A DNA stretch of 63,714 nucleotides, filler included, from Octopus bimaculoides (GCF_001194135.2; 6 parts of 5 records of this genome joined end to end with filler, not necessarily neighbours in it), one strand, 5' to 3'; positions 25,257-38,673 are shown, counted from the first letter of the whole stretch. The notes: generated by a model not told the origin, from the sequence alone. Numbers and translations: made by a program.

Positions 25257-25715
25257 NNNNNNNNNNNNNNNNNNNNNNNNNNNNNNNNNNNNNNNNNNNN
25301 NNNNNNNNNNNNNNNNNNNNNNNNNNNNNNNNNNNNNNNNNNNNNNNNNNNNNNNNNNNNNNNNNNNNNNNNNNNNNNNNNNNNNNNNNNNNNNNNNNNN
25401 NNNNNNNNNNNNNNNNNNNNNNNNNNNNNNNNNNNNNNNNNNNNNNNNNNNNNNNNNNNNNNNNNNNNNNNNNNNNNNNNNNNNNNNNNNNNNNNNNNNN
25501 NNNNNNNNNNNNNNNNNNNNNNNNNNNNNNNNNNNNNNNNNNNNNNNNNNNNNNNNNNNNNNNNNNNNNNNNNNNNNNNNNNNNNNNNNNNNNNNNNNNN
25601 NNNNNNNNNNNNNNNNNNNNNNNNNNNNNNNNNNNNNNNNNNNNNNNNNNNNNNNNNNNNNNNNNNNNNNNNNNNNNGTTTATATATATGAGTGTGTGTG
25701 TGTGTGTGTGTGTGA

Positions 25716-26040
25716 AGGTGCGTCACTTAGTGGTTAGGGCATTTGACTCACAATTGCAAGATTGTGAGTTCAATTCCCAGTGACATGTTGTGACCTTGAG
25801 CAAGACACTTTAATTTCATATTGCTCCAGTCCACTCAGTTGGCAAAAATGAGTTGTACCTGTATTTCAAAGGGCCAATCTTGTCACACTCTGTGTCATGC
25901 TGAATCTCCCTGAGAACAACATGAGAAGTAGATGTGTCTGTGGATTGCTCAGCCACTTGCACGTTAATTTCACGAGTAAGCGGTTCCATTGATCAGATCA
26001 GCTGAGACCCTCATTGTTGTAACTGACGGAATGCTCCTTT
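25716..26040 (+). mobile_element. SINE family C (tRNA head + CORE-like + tail 1)
   Basis: AAGGTGCGTCACTTAGTGGTTAGGGC head, GAGTTCAATTCC B-box, TGTGACCTTGAGCAAGACACTT core, tail ..GTAACTGACGGAATGC. Confidence 0.88.
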
Positions 26041-26051
26041 AGATATATATA

Positions 26052-26052
26052 T

Positions 26053-26105
<53 letters not shown>

Positions 26106-26290
26106 TTAATGTCCATTTTTGATGCTGACATAGGTTGGCCAGTTTGACAGGAGCTGGTAAGGCTAGGGTGAAGGCGCAAAAGGCACCGGGCTGCATTGTC
26201 TGTTCTGGCATGATTTCTACAGCTCTGATACCCTTCCTAACACCAATCATTTAACACAGTGTCCTGGGTGCTTTTTATGTGGCATGACAC
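26052..26290 (-). mobile_element. Family D copy with (GAT)n tail
   Basis: (CAT)n followed by TTTAATGTCC..CATAGGTTGGCCAGTTTGACAGG..GATACCCTTCCTAACACCAATCA. Confidence 0.8.
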
Positions 26291-26587
26291 CAACACTGAT
26301 ATCAATTCTGTTGTAGTGGACGAGTCTTCTTGAAAACAGGCAGGAATACCTATACATACACACATACATGCTTCTTAGAAATTATTTCTAAAGATAGAAA
26401 TAAAAGAAAGCAAAATAAACAATGAAAAGTTTAAAAAATTACATGGATATTTCTATTTGTATATGCACATATGTACACCTCTTACATACATTCACACCAT
26501 TTATAAAAAAAAAAAGATAGATAATACAATAATAATAATAATAATAATAGAGNNNNNNNNNNCTGAATAATAATAATAATAATAGTC

Positions 26588-27898
26588 CAAGGAGACTCAC
26601 TCCTTTACTGCTTGGCACTGACACCTTTAACTGACATGCTAAACAGAACTAGATGTAGATACAACTGCTATGGTAAAACAACCAGCAATCTTTGTATATG
26701 GATGATCTAAAACTGTACGCTACAAATGATAAACAACTGGAAACGTTACTACAGACAGTACATGGATTTACCAAAGAAATAAACATGAAATCCAGCCTAG
26801 AAAAATGTCCCAAAGCAACCTTCAAAAGAGGAAAACTAGTTAAGAGTAACAATATCACAATAAATAAAGCAAATGAAATAAGAGAATTAGACCGAAGCCA
26901 GACATACAAATACTTAGGAATCAATGAACTAGATACAGCACAGCACACAAATGAAAGAGATGAGTTAGAGTAAGACTTAAACAGAGCTTAATGGGATAAG
27001 CAAGACAATAGGTGTCAACACTCTAGTTGTTCCAGTTATAAGTTACAGTTACAATATTCATAATAGGACTTTAAATGAACTAACCAAACTAGAGAGGAAA
27101 ATAAGAAAAATAATGATAGAATTTAGGATCTGATATAGCAAGTTTATGTATACAACAAACTAAAGGTGGTAGTAGCCTTATACAACTAGAAAACAAGTAT
27201 AAAATAACCATCAAAGGATTACAGAAATATCTAATTCAGAAGCAAGGAAAACTGGTACAAATAGCCACAAAGCACAAGCAAAACAAAAAACTGTTTTCTG
27301 TCTTTAAGGAAGCTGAAAAATTCAAGTAAAAGAGGAAAGAACAAAAGCTGTAAAGCAACTGTAATCCAAACTAAAACTGCAACAACAAAATATTATGATA
27401 AAACGATGGTAAGAAAAGCCCTTACATGGCTTTTCTTGGGATAAAACTAAACAGAAAAGAAATAGACAAAATAAAATCCCAACAATAGTTGAGAAGCTCA
27501 AGAATTAAAGTAGAGACTAAAGGATTTTTAATTGAGGCACAAGATAAAAGTCTCCCTACAAGAAACCACCAGAAACAGATAATGAAGAAAAATACAAGTA
27601 ATTTCAGAATATGTGGTGATGGAGAAGAAACAATAAATCATATTGTCTCAGGTTGTCTAGTCATGGTGAAGAAGGAACATATCTACAGACATGACAGAGT
27701 TGGGGCCAATATACATTGGAAGCTATGCCAACATTATGGAATGACAACAAACAAAAATGGTATAGGCACACCTTAGAAAAGGTCTCAAAAAATGACAAAG
27801 CAACCATACTCTGGGATATGCCAATACACATAGATAATAGTAAAAGGCTAATAGACTGGATATAGTCGTCAGAGATCATCAAGTAAAGAAATGCCTTC
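26588..27898 (+). mobile_element. R4/Dong-clade RLE non-LTR retrotransposon fragment
   Basis: QGDSL.P, LYMDDLKLYA, YKYLGI, GFLIEAQDKSLPTRNHQ, CCHC motif FRICGDGEETINHIVSGC, RHDRV..IHWKLC, ILWDMPIH..R(P)DIVVRD. The 5' junction abuts an (AAT)n tract. Confidence 0.9.
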
Positions 27899-28220
27899 TA
27901 CAAGCACCTTCTATGCATCTTATGCTGTAAACTACATTTTACAGCATAAGAAGGTGCCTGTAAAGACATGAACGTGACATACATAACGGAAACATCTAGG
28001 AGCATTGCAGAATGACTAAACGAACATTTGAGACAATATGACGACAAAAAACAGTCCTCCATACTCTACCAACATGCCAAGGACCAGCATGGAGGCAACC
28101 TGGGTCAACTTGACATCTGCATCTTATCCAAGCACCCAAAGGACCCAACACTCAGACAAATACAGGAGTATGTCCTCATAAATGAAACATCCCCAGTACA
28201 AAATAGGAAATATACGTAGT
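27899..28220 (+). mobile_element. Penelope-like element GIY-YIG endonuclease C-terminal fragment with 5' fold-back
   Basis: CKDMNVTYITETSRSIAE*LNEHLR..SILYQHAKDQHGG..ILSKHPKDPTLRQIQEYVLINETSPVQNRK matches PLE C..C..YIGETSR..R..EH..H..H..RQI.E..I..P..NRK. Confidence 0.8.
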
Positions 28221-28289
28221 AGATATCATACCCCCATACCCACAGGTAGAGTAGAATAGTTAGTGGGCTGTTATGTAGATAGATGTATG

Positions 28290-28568
28290 TGCAAGTGTGG
28301 GTGTGTGTATATGTGTATATATATATGCACATGTATGGAGGTATATGGATATGAATGTAAACAGATAAACATACAGACGGATAGGTACATAGGTTATATG
28401 AACAGACGAACACACATACACACACATACGCAAATGAAGACTGAAACACATGACCATATATATACACACACACTTCACTTCACACAAGAACACATATGGA
28501 GACACACATCCACACACATGGAGACACACATCCATACATACAAACACAGTACATAATTGCAAAAAACC

Positions 28569-28599
<31 letters not shown>

Positions 28600-28627
28600 T
28601 CAGACATGCACACACAAGGAGACAGAG

Positions 28628-28696
<69 letters not shown>

Positions 28697-28950
28697 CAAA
28701 CACATACACACACATACACACAAAAAGACACGCAAACACATGAATATGCAGGCCGAATACACATACAAACATACACACATGCATATATACATATGCGCGC
28801 ACACACATACATGCATACACACACATGCATACGTACATACGTATGTCCGTACACACATACATACATACATACATACATACATACATACATGTGTATGCAC
28901 ACACAAACACACACTGACCCACACACATGCGCACAAACAAACAAAAAGTA
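28290..28950. repeat. (CA)n/(TACA)n-rich low-complexity block
   Basis: Visible directly; source of many spurious His/Thr and Cys/Val ORFs. Confidence 0.9.
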
Positions 28951-29968
28951 CGCAGCTTCAATAACAGACAGTTAACAACTATTGCAACAAAAATTTTAGA
29001 AAAAAAAATAAATGAGTGGAAATTTTACTGGTGAGTGTGTTAAATTATAAGGCATTAAAAGAGAATGACTTTCTCCAAACACAATAGACTAATAATAATG
29101 ATAATAATATACATATGTATCCCAATACATCTATTTATATATGGACACATATACACTTAGGAGAAACGTTCCTAGCCAAATCAGAACCCATATAGAAGGT
29201 AATGTATCATATGTATATGTATATATATANNNNNNNNNNNNNNNNNNNNNNNNNNNNNNNNNNNNNNNNNNNNNNNNNNNNNNNNNNNNNNNNNNNNNNN
29301 NNNNNNNNNNNNNNNNNNNNNNNNNNNNNNNNNNNNNNNNNNNNNNNNNNNNNNNNNNNNNNNNNNNNNNNNNNNNNNNNNNNNNNNNNNNNNNNNNNNN
29401 NNNNNNNNNNNNNNNNNNNNNNNNNNNNNNNNNNNNNNNNNNNNNNNNNNNNNNNNNNNNNNNNNNNNNNNNNNNNNNNNNNNNNNNNNNNNNNNNNNNN
29501 NNNNNNNNNNNNNNNNNNNNNNNNNNNNNNNNNNNNNNNNNNNNNNNNNNNNNNNNNNNNNNNNNNNNNNNNNNNNNNNNNNNNNNNNNNNNNNNNNNNN
29601 NNNNNNNNNNNNNNNNNNNNNNNNNNNNNNNNNNNNNNNNNNNNNNNNNNNNNNATATATATAAGTCAGTAAATAGTGGGGTTGTGTTTAAACCTAACAA
29701 AACTCTCAACTCTCATGCATCCTTATTTTTCCTACCAATTTATACATGAACTACTATTGAACTACAAAAGCTCAAAGACAATATAATGTATGGGTATATT
29801 TATTTTTTTATATATTATTGTTTTATATATTATTTTCTTCATCTTGTACTTCTTTGTAAAAAAACATTTTCATTCTCCTTCTTCGCAATGAAAACCGGTT
29901 AGAAAAAATCTTTATTAAAATATGCTTCCAGTTCAGCATTCTGGCTTTTTTTCATTTTCCTATATATA

Positions 29969-30004
<36 letters not shown>

Positions 30005-30126
30005 TGCATGTATGTATGTATGTATGTATGTATGTGTGTATGTATGGATATAAATATAGCTATGTATGTATATATATAGATCTATGTATGTATATTTTTA
30101 TATATATATGCATGTATATATATAAA

Positions 30127-30178
<52 letters not shown>

Positions 30179-30337
30179 ATGTAAATGTATGTGCATTCTT
30201 TCAATGTGAACAAATAACACGGAAAAAATAAATAAATAGTTACCAGGGTAGCAAAAAATTCACATAAGTACCAATGATGTTACAGCTTACTTATAAAGGT
30301 AGAAATTCCAGGGTTTAGTGAAATGTTTTTGTATAAC

Positions 30338-30813
30338 AGATAAATAAAGAAATGGAGTTAAATGCAAGTGTTATTCAAATCTTCATACTTCCAACATATG
30401 TTTCAAAGTAAACATTGGTATTATTCCAGAGGGAATAAAATGTTGTAAAACAATGCCTTTAAGCTTTATTCCCATTCATCTATCGCACTACATTTCTCCA
30501 CTCTTGATATTCTGCTAATTTCCTTCTTTCTCCTCCTTCTCTTTCTCTAAATTGCATTTGGCGTTAAATCTATTAACATTTTTTCAAAAAAGTAACTTGC
30601 CAGCGTTCCCTTCATCATATACGCAGTAATCACATTCAGTTAAAATGGCTTATTGATGAGTTTTGTTTCTCTTTTTTCCCTTGATGAGAAGATCGCGTTG
30701 TTTTACATTATTTTATTCCCTCTGGAATAATACCAATGTTTTCTTTGAAACATATGTCGGAAGTATAAAGATTTGAATAACACCTGCATTTAACTCCATT
30801 TCTTTATTTATCT
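30338..30813. mobile_element. Fold-back MITE with about 125-bp terminal inverted repeats
   Basis: AGATAAATAAAGAAATGGAGTTAAATGC..GGGAATAAAATG..AAAACAATGC (30338-about 30464) is the reverse complement of about 30689-30813. Confidence 0.85.
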
Positions 30814-30842
30814 ATCTATCTATATCTATCTATCTATCTATC

Positions 30843-30869
<27 letters not shown>

Positions 30870-30877
<8 letters not shown>

Positions 30878-31030
30878 GATAGGCTTCTTTCTGTTGCCAT
30901 CTCTGTAATCCAGTTTTTGGTCAACCTACAATATGTCTATAGTAGAAGACACTTGTCCAAGTTGCCATGCAATGGGACCAAACCAAAGACCACATAGTTA
31001 AGAAGCAAGCTTCTCAACGCCATAACTATG
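30870..31030 (-). mobile_element. SINE A 5' half
   Basis: gggcttctttc..tatagtagaagacacttgtccaagttgccatgcaatgggacc. Confidence 0.8.
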
Positions 31031-31049
31031 CTTTAACATATATATACTA

Positions 31050-33780
31050 GTTACTGCCTAACTTTACACTGCCAAGGAGCCTTTGTATGAGAATGAAGTG
31101 TTGAGTGGACCACTGGCCTCTCCAGGCATTTGAAAGGTTTGTTTAATCAACAAAAGAATTCTATTAGTTAACAGAAAATCCATTTTTCTAGTTTCATCTA
31201 TCAGTTGAAATTCATTGTATGATGACAGGAATATTATAATGAGACAATCTCTCTTATCAGCTCATAGTGCACTTGTCCAGTTTCTGTAGCTGAAGAGGAG
31301 ATAACCACCCCAAAATGCATGCATCCCATAGTCTGGATAGGTGACGCAGTGAACTGATTTTGATGTATTTACACCTTTTATCTACAGTATGTAATTTTCT
31401 CCTTGACAAAACACACTGAATGGCTTTCTTACGGGTTCAAATATGCTCCAAGTAAATTTATTACTGGCAACAACCTTGTAAATATGTAAGTAAATTAAAT
31501 AGATCGCAGTATAAAAAAAAAGTACTTGTTAAATGAGATAGTTGATGCTGCTTTGTTGATACTATGATCTAGATTTTGGGGCACCAATGATGGTCAGTTT
31601 TAAGCAGAAATCAGGTTCCACAATGTTTCTGCAAATGGATTTTATACAAAACAACTGGGAGAAAGCTTGTTCGCATAAATATATAATTGGTAATGGAATT
31701 AGATATTTCAGTGTTTTGGATACCAATTCTGAGTAATAACTTTTGATATGGAAACAAAAGTCTACTAGATCATGCTGAATGAAACTTGACCTAATTGAGG
31801 AGTCACACAAAAGCTCAATGAGACTGTTCTCTTCATCTGATGCTAAATATTTGACAGTTTTTATATTTATATGAAAGAGATAATCTGCCACAGCAAAATC
31901 CAATCCAACTCATGTAAACATGGAAAAGTGGTAGTTAAACTAATGATGATGGTGGTGGTGGTGACAATGATGATGACAATGATGACGACGACGACTACAA
32001 CAACAATGAAAATGATGACGACAACAATGACAATGATGATGAATAGGATGATAATGATGTCATCCCATATCCATTTGTTACTGGTTTGTGGAGGAGGAAA
32101 ATAACACCTTCATTCAGCACATCAAACTTACAAGTCCTGAATGTAGAGGTTTCCTATTTCTTTAGAATGGTCGACATTATCATCAGCTGTTGCAGAAAGT
32201 CCCAGAGTGTTGGAAAGGATTCAGACACACCACAATCATAGTCTCAACGTTATGTTCAACTTTAGAAAATCTTAACCTTGTAGGCTCAAATTTAGGTTAT
32301 TTGAATACTTGAAAATGCCACAGACATATATGCCGCAATAGCCAGCCATAAAATGTTATTGAACCACTTCTTTCCATAGAAAGATTTTTTTCATAAGAAA
32401 AAGAAAAAAGAAAAAAAGAATTATATTTCATAATGCAAGGCAAATATGCAAGTAAGTACTTTACCACAAAACAGCTAATGCATTTGAGAATGCAAGAATA
32501 GCAGTTCAAGGCTACTGCTCATCTCCTCACAAAAACACTAAAATTACAAGAATTAAATGAGCTTCTGTAAAATTAACTGCTTTCAGTGCCTCCTTGTGTT
32601 GTATTCAATTTTCCTGTCATGTTTCTTGCTGCCAATGCTTCCCTATTTATGCAGCAATGATATTTGATATTTCATCTTGAATATTTGCCTTGAGTGTCTC
32701 TGTATTTTCCTAACATTATAGGAATCTCATCAGTTCTGACTCTTTCACATTTTGACCACCCATTTTAATTATTCTTCATTATTAAATTGTTCAAATTACT
32801 AAAAATAGACTCACTTGTTATATGTGTTGAAAATGACTGGCAAAACTTCACTGCCATTAAATTCATATTGTATGAATGCAATGAAATCAGCACAGTTAGA
32901 AATATTTGTACTTATACGAAATTCTAAAGAATAGTATTCACTTTTAAACACTCTTATCAATGATTTCCAACATTTTCACAGATGTCTTCTATCTGCCACT
33001 TCTCTGTGTTGTTTGAAAATGGAATGATATCGTAATTCCTGGTTACTTTGTCTCTTTGCATTCTTAAAGATTTTGGCAGTAGGTAAAATTAGTTGTCTGT
33101 GGTTTTCCAGTCTTTGCTATCAAAAGAGACACATCATATGATGCAAACAGTATTTTCATTATGCTAGTCACTATTTTTCGACTAACTTTTGTCATAAAAG
33201 TAGTTCATGCAATCTTCTTTGAATATATTCAAAGGGTTTGTTCGTGTTTTCTTTATGCTTCGTTTCTAAATATTGGCAAAGTTTGGTTGGCTTCATGCTT
33301 TTATTGGACAGTATTTGATAACACAGAACATGTTGAGGTTTCTCTTTATTTTCATGGTAGCTGTTTATAAAATTCCAAAGGATACGTACTCATTTATGAG
33401 TTTTCCATTTTGAAACATGAGTCAGTAATTTTTCCATTTAAACATATTGTATTTTTACCTGTATTTTCACTACGGTTTTTTTTTCTTTTGTTGTTTTAAT
33501 GTATTTCCAGTTTTTAACCAAGAATCCATAATTTCCAGAGGATTATATAATCAGTTATATAAAGAATTTTTTTCACTGATGCATTTAAAACTGTTGCAAA
33601 GAGAATAAATCACATAGATACATATACCATACAGAGTTTATTCAAATATGTTATGTTGAAATGGAATCCTTTATATTTATGGTGTTAAAACATCATGTAT
33701 CTTGTTCACAAGTGGTCCTTTGTATTAATGCTGCAAGTAGTCAATTTCTGGTAAAGTATTCACATGATGATCTGTCATAT
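31050..33780 (-). mobile_element. Decayed hAT transposon, Buster/Charlie (ZBED5/FAM200-like) type
   Basis: BED region EYVSFG..KPQHVLCYQILSNKSMKPTKL..LETKH, SYDVSLLIAKTGKP, HCCINREALAA, FCEEMSS..LLFLH..GKVL, and dimerisation domain DFCFHIKSYYSEL..LPIIYLCEQAFS. Termini approximate; interrupted by the insertion at 31880-32060. Confidence 0.85.
31880..32060 (+). mobile_element. Family D-variant tail with (ATG/ACG/ACA)n extension inserted in the Buster element
   Basis: AATCTGCCACAGCAAAATCC..CATGTAAACATGGAAAAGTGGTAGTTAAAC-(TGA)n. Confidence 0.65.
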
Positions 33781-33808
33781 ACCATTATCATAATATACAG
33801 TAACCATA

Positions 33809-34021
33809 AGGTGATGAGCTGGCAGAAACGTTAGCACGCTAGGCAAAGTGCTTAGCAGTATTTCGTCTGTCTTTATGTTCTGAGTTCAAATGCGGTTGAG
33901 GTCAATTTTGCCTTTCATCCTTTCAAGGTCAATAAATTAAGTACCATTTGCATACTGAGGTCGATATAATTGACTGGCCCCCACCCCAAAAATTTCGGGC
34001 CTTTTGCCTAGAGCAGAAATG
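33809..34021 (+). mobile_element. SINE family B with a 17-bp TSD
   Basis: TSD AATATACAGTAACCATA at 33792-33808 and 34022-34038; head GAGCTGGCAGAAACGTTAGC, B-box GAGTTCAAAT. Confidence 0.92.
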
Positions 34022-34149
34022 AATATACAGTAACCATAGCAAGTTTCAAATCTTTTGAGATTAATAATATCTTCAGTAATACAAATAACTGAGTATTTAA
34101 GTTTAGAAATCAAACAAGCAGCCATTTTATATTGAGAATGAAGTAGTTT

Positions 34150-34960
34150 TGGTAAGGAGGACAAATAAGAGGCTACTTAGGAGGGTGTAGAAGCTTTGTG
34201 AGAAGTGAGAAGTAGTGGTTTAGAAGAATTTGGAAAGGTATGTATGAGAAAGATTAATAGGAGGGTAGCTTTTGTTAAGTAGTAGGTTGCTAGGCTGACT
34301 TTGTCTATGTTCAAGGTTAATTTTGAGTATAGATACTAATAGTTCTGGAATTACATTGATTTAATGAAATGTGCAAAAGATGAGTAGGACCTGTGGTTAC
34401 AAAACAAAATTACATCTGAGAATCTATTAAGTAATAAGGGGTTGTGAAGGCAAAGAATAGTTATCGATTCTCTTAAACATAATTTACATATACAGGTATT
34501 TGCATTGTATGGAGAACCTCACTTACTATGAACCAGGATAGGATATCTGGAATATTTTGAGATTTAAAGTTGTGTATACAAGTTGCTAAGGAGGCTAGTA
34601 ATTTAGAATTTGAATTGAAAAAAGGGTTCATGTGTGCATGGTAGTGGTACTTGAAATCAACTGTGCCACTGATATATACCTTTGCTTGGTGGGAGCATGG
34701 TGTTATAACTGTGCACTTGTAGACTACATTTTTATGTAGATAGAAACTTCCAAGAAGACATAGTTGAGAAACCTGACAATTGCAAGCTTTTCTACCTGCT
34801 CTGTGGTTGAAGTTTACTGCTAGGGAGGTTGAGCTCCATTGGTCCATTATTAGTGAGGAAGAACCTGAAGTGGAATCTGTATCACTATTGAATTTGGAGG
34901 TGGTACTGTAGCTAGTATGTCGTTGCATGGGTAGAATTGTGGGAAGATGGGTGAGTCTGG
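34150..34960 (-). mobile_element. Penelope-like (Neptune-type) GIY-YIG fragment plus 3' region
   Basis: ACNC..LCLLG..NVVYKCTV..KVYISGT.DFKYHY..H..F..LATCIHNFK..LSW.I..KLCLRES.TIL..LLNRFS...CNHR. Confidence 0.8.
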
Positions 34961-34977
34961 TATTATTTAGGTGAGGG

Positions 34978-36914
34978 CAGTGGTGGATCTACAATATTGG
35001 TGCCCTGAAGTTTAAAATGTTATGGGGGCCCCCTTTACAACCAGCAACAGTAGGGTAACATCCAGCAAGGGTCAAAGAATTTTCGTGCCCTTACAAGGAA
35101 CTCTAGCCTTGAGGCCCTGCCAGCCCAAATGGTAGAGTGGAATGTGGAGTTCTTAAAAATGAGCCCTCTTTCCACCAGAAATGAGGTGTGGGTAATCACC
35201 AATATCTTTGTCAATGTAGTTGTTCCATGGCAGATCACTACAATTTCCTTTCCAAATTTAAGCACTATATTTCAGATTGTGATTCTCAAAGTCACTGTAA
35301 ACAAATATTTTCCAGGCTATGCCTTATACTTTTAGAGTTATGAGAGTTGAAAATTAGGGCAGCATTATATACATGCATGATGCATCATAGTATAGAGACA
35401 AAACAATGAATACCACCGTTAATATATCTAATATTAATCTTATATTTAAGATACATATGAAAATTACAAAATACTCTTTTTACTGTTTTTTTTTTTTTGT
35501 TTTTGTTTGTAGCAATGTATTCCCTTACAGTTTTGTCTTATGAGAGCTTCCTTGCAATGTCATTTTTTAGAGACAATACGCATAAGGAATTTAAGCGCTC
35601 TTCAGTCATGGTAGACTGAAATTTATTCTTTATAAAAGAAAACTTTGAGAAATTCCTTTCTGCTTCACAGCTCGTGATAGGCATTGTCAAGTACAGATTA
35701 AGTGCAGTGGTAATATTTGGAAACACTTCAATTAATTGTTGATTTTAAATAAGCTGAAGAACTTCTGTGCATTGCATTTTAGATGCTGTAGTTTCTTCTG
35801 TGTTCTGGGATTTCTTAAGGTGTAAATACTCTTTGAACTGATAACACTGATTTATTAGTTTGTGGCCAACATTGTCATTGTAATGCGATATTATAAATTT
35901 GATACTGACCTCATCAAATTCTGAATTGTTCATCAATTCTGAGAGAAACTTGAACCTTTTCGCACTCTGCTCATATGGGTCTATCCTCTTGCTTAACTGG
36001 ATTATCAAGTAGTCATAGACTTGATTTAGAACTTCTATCCTAAATTTTTCAGCCCCTTTTAAAGAAGCCCTATCACTTGTTCCATCTGCAAATTTCTTTG
36101 TAACAATGTGTTTGGAAACATCAGAATAATTTGTGGTGATATATTCACATAAACCTTTTGCTACTGATTCATAGTGTGCAATCCTGTCGGCTGAATTTTC
36201 TCATAGTTCTTTAACAAATAAAAGCAAAGATGCTAGCAGAAGGTAACCTTCAAATATATCAGAACCAGGGGTTTAGAGTTTCTTTCTTGTTTCGTTAAAA
36301 CACTCCATAATTTCTTCCCAAATGACTGTTAAAACAGCATATTCCAATTTTACCAACTTGTATTAATTCTTTGCATCTCACAATCTCTTCTGAGTCTTCA
36401 CATATATGTTTGAGAGTTTGTAAAATATCCCTATATCCATTTTTAATTGCTCAGACTGTTTCATAGTGTGCAGACCATCTAGTTACACGTAAGTTCTTTA
36501 GAGAAAAGGCTAGATTGCCCTGTGTTTAAAATCTCACCTCTTTGAAAAGATTCAGAAAATAAAACATACAGTTACTGCAAGATGCCAAAATAGTCAACAA
36601 CTTCAGGTACAGTAGACACTGCTTTTCTCCAACAAGGTTGAGTGAATGGCTTGCACATGGTACATTGTCTGCATACCTGTTAATGTTTTTAAGAAGTGCT
36701 TGCAGCCCTTTCTCCAAGCCCTTCATATTGGAAGCATTATTGTACAACTGACCATGGATATTTTCAAGTGAAAGCTTATGCTCCCCCAGAAATTCTGTTA
36801 TTTTGTTGAACAAGGTCGTGGATGAATGGTTTTCTATTGGTAAAAATGCTAAAAATCTCTCACAGGGCTTTCCATTATAACAGTATCGAACCACAATTAC
36901 CAGCTGGTCAGCAT
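34978..36914 (-). mobile_element. hAT transposon remnant, Tip100/ZMYM1-like
   Basis: VRYC..ERFLAF..HGQLYNNASNMKG..GLQALL..VPCASHSLNLVG and FPNITTALNLYLTMPITSCEAERNFSKFSFIKNKFQSTMTEERLNSL. Terminus CAGTGGTGGATCTAC..GGGGGCCCC at 34978; 5' part lost in a gap. Confidence 0.88.
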
Positions 36915-37014
36915 NNNNNNNNNNNNNNNNNNNNNNNNNNNNNNNNNNNNNNNNNNNNTTAATTAATTAANNNNNNNNNNNNNNNNNNNNNNNNNNNNNN
37001 NNNNNNNNNNNNNN

Positions 37015-37115
37015 CTGGTGTTGCCATCCGGTTTCACCAGTCCTCAGTCAAATCGTCCAACCCATGCTAGCATGGAAAGCGGACGTTAAACGATGATGAT
37101 GATGATGATGATAAC
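37015..37115 (+). mobile_element. Family D 3' end
   Basis: CCCATGCTAGCATGGAAAGCGGACGTTAAACGATGATGAT. Confidence 0.85.
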
Positions 37116-37671
37116 CAAGAGTATCTGAAGTTTAGCTGCATGTGCGGATCTGTTCATTTGGCGACTATTTTAGTCTGATGTTGAGTCATGTCTAAAAGCT
37201 AAAGAACATTCCACAATGCTTGTATTCTCTCAAGCATCCTTTGCCTTGTCATGTTTTCGACTACTCACTTAACACACCCACTGGTACCTCGCTACCCCCA
37301 ATAGATAAGATGTATATATACAAAGAAGAAAAGAAAGGAAACAGGAACCCTCCCTAATCTGAATTATGGTTTAGTATCAGTCAACAGTTTTGACTTTGAG
37401 AGCATGGCTTGCCTCCTCGTTTCATGTTTTTTCTATTCCTACACAACACATATGCATACTTACAAAAGTACACATGCACACACACCCACACACACACACA
37501 CACAAACTCACAGAAACACAGAAACACACATACATGTGTGCACATACACATGCATACACAAACACATATACTATGCTCAGCAAAATTAAGATCATCACTT
37601 TTTATCTTACTCCCTCTCTCTCTCCCTCCATACATGTGTGTGTGTGACTGTGCGTGTGTGTGTGACTGTGC

Positions 37672-37723
<52 letters not shown>

Positions 37724-37724
37724 T

Positions 37725-37848
37725 TTTATTCTTTTACTTTTTTCAATCATTTGACTATGGCCATGCTAGAGCACTGCCTTTAGTCAAACAAATCGACCCA
37801 AGACTTATTCTTTGTAAGTCTAGAACTTATTCTATTGGTCACTTTTGC
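37725..37848 (-). mobile_element. SINE A tail
   Basis: Match to the A 3' end; truncated by a gap. Confidence 0.8.
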
Positions 37849-38673
37849 NNNNNNNNNNNNNNNNNNNNNNNNNNNNNNNNNNNNNNNNNNNNNNNNNNNN
37901 NNNNNNNNNNNNNNNNNNNNNNNNNNNNNNNNNNNNNNNNNNNNNNNNNNNNNNNNNNNNNNNNNNNNNNNNNNNNNNNNNNNNNNNNNNNNNNNNNNNN
38001 NNNNNNNNNNNNNNNNNNNNNNNNNNNNNNNNNNNNNNNNNNNNNNNNNNNNNNNNNNNNNNNNNNNNNNNNNNNNNNNNNNNNNNNNNNNNNNNNNNNN
38101 NNNNNNNNNNNNNNNNNNNNNNNNNNNNNNNNNNNNNNNNNNNNNNNNNNNNNNNNNNNNNNNNNNNNNNNNNNNNNNNNNNNNNNNNNNNNNNNNNNNN
38201 NNNNNNNNNNNNNNNNNNNNNNNNNNNNNNNNNNNNNNNNNNNNNNNNNNNNNNNNNNNNNNNNNNNNNNNNNNNNNNNNNNNNNNNNNNNNNNNNNNNN
38301 NNNNNNNNNNNNNNNNNNNNNNNNNNNNNNNNNNNNNNNNNNNNNNNNNNNNNNNNNNNNNNNNNNNNNNNNNNNNNNNNNNNNNNNNNNNNNNNNNNNN
38401 NNNNNNNNNNNNNNNNNNNNNNNNNNNNNNNNNNNNNNNNNNNNNNNNNNNNNNNNNNNNNNNNNNNNNNNNNNNNNNNNNNNNNNNNNNNNNNNNNNNN
38501 NNNNNNNNNNNNNNNNNNNNNNNNNNNNNNNNNNNNNNNNNNNNNNNNNNNNNNNNNNNNNNNNNNNNNNNNNNNNNNNNNNNNNNNNNNNNNNNNNNNN
38601 NNNNNNNNNNNNNNNNNNNNNNNNNNNNNNNNNNNNNNNNNNNNNNNNNNNNNNNNNNNNNNNNNNNNNNNNN

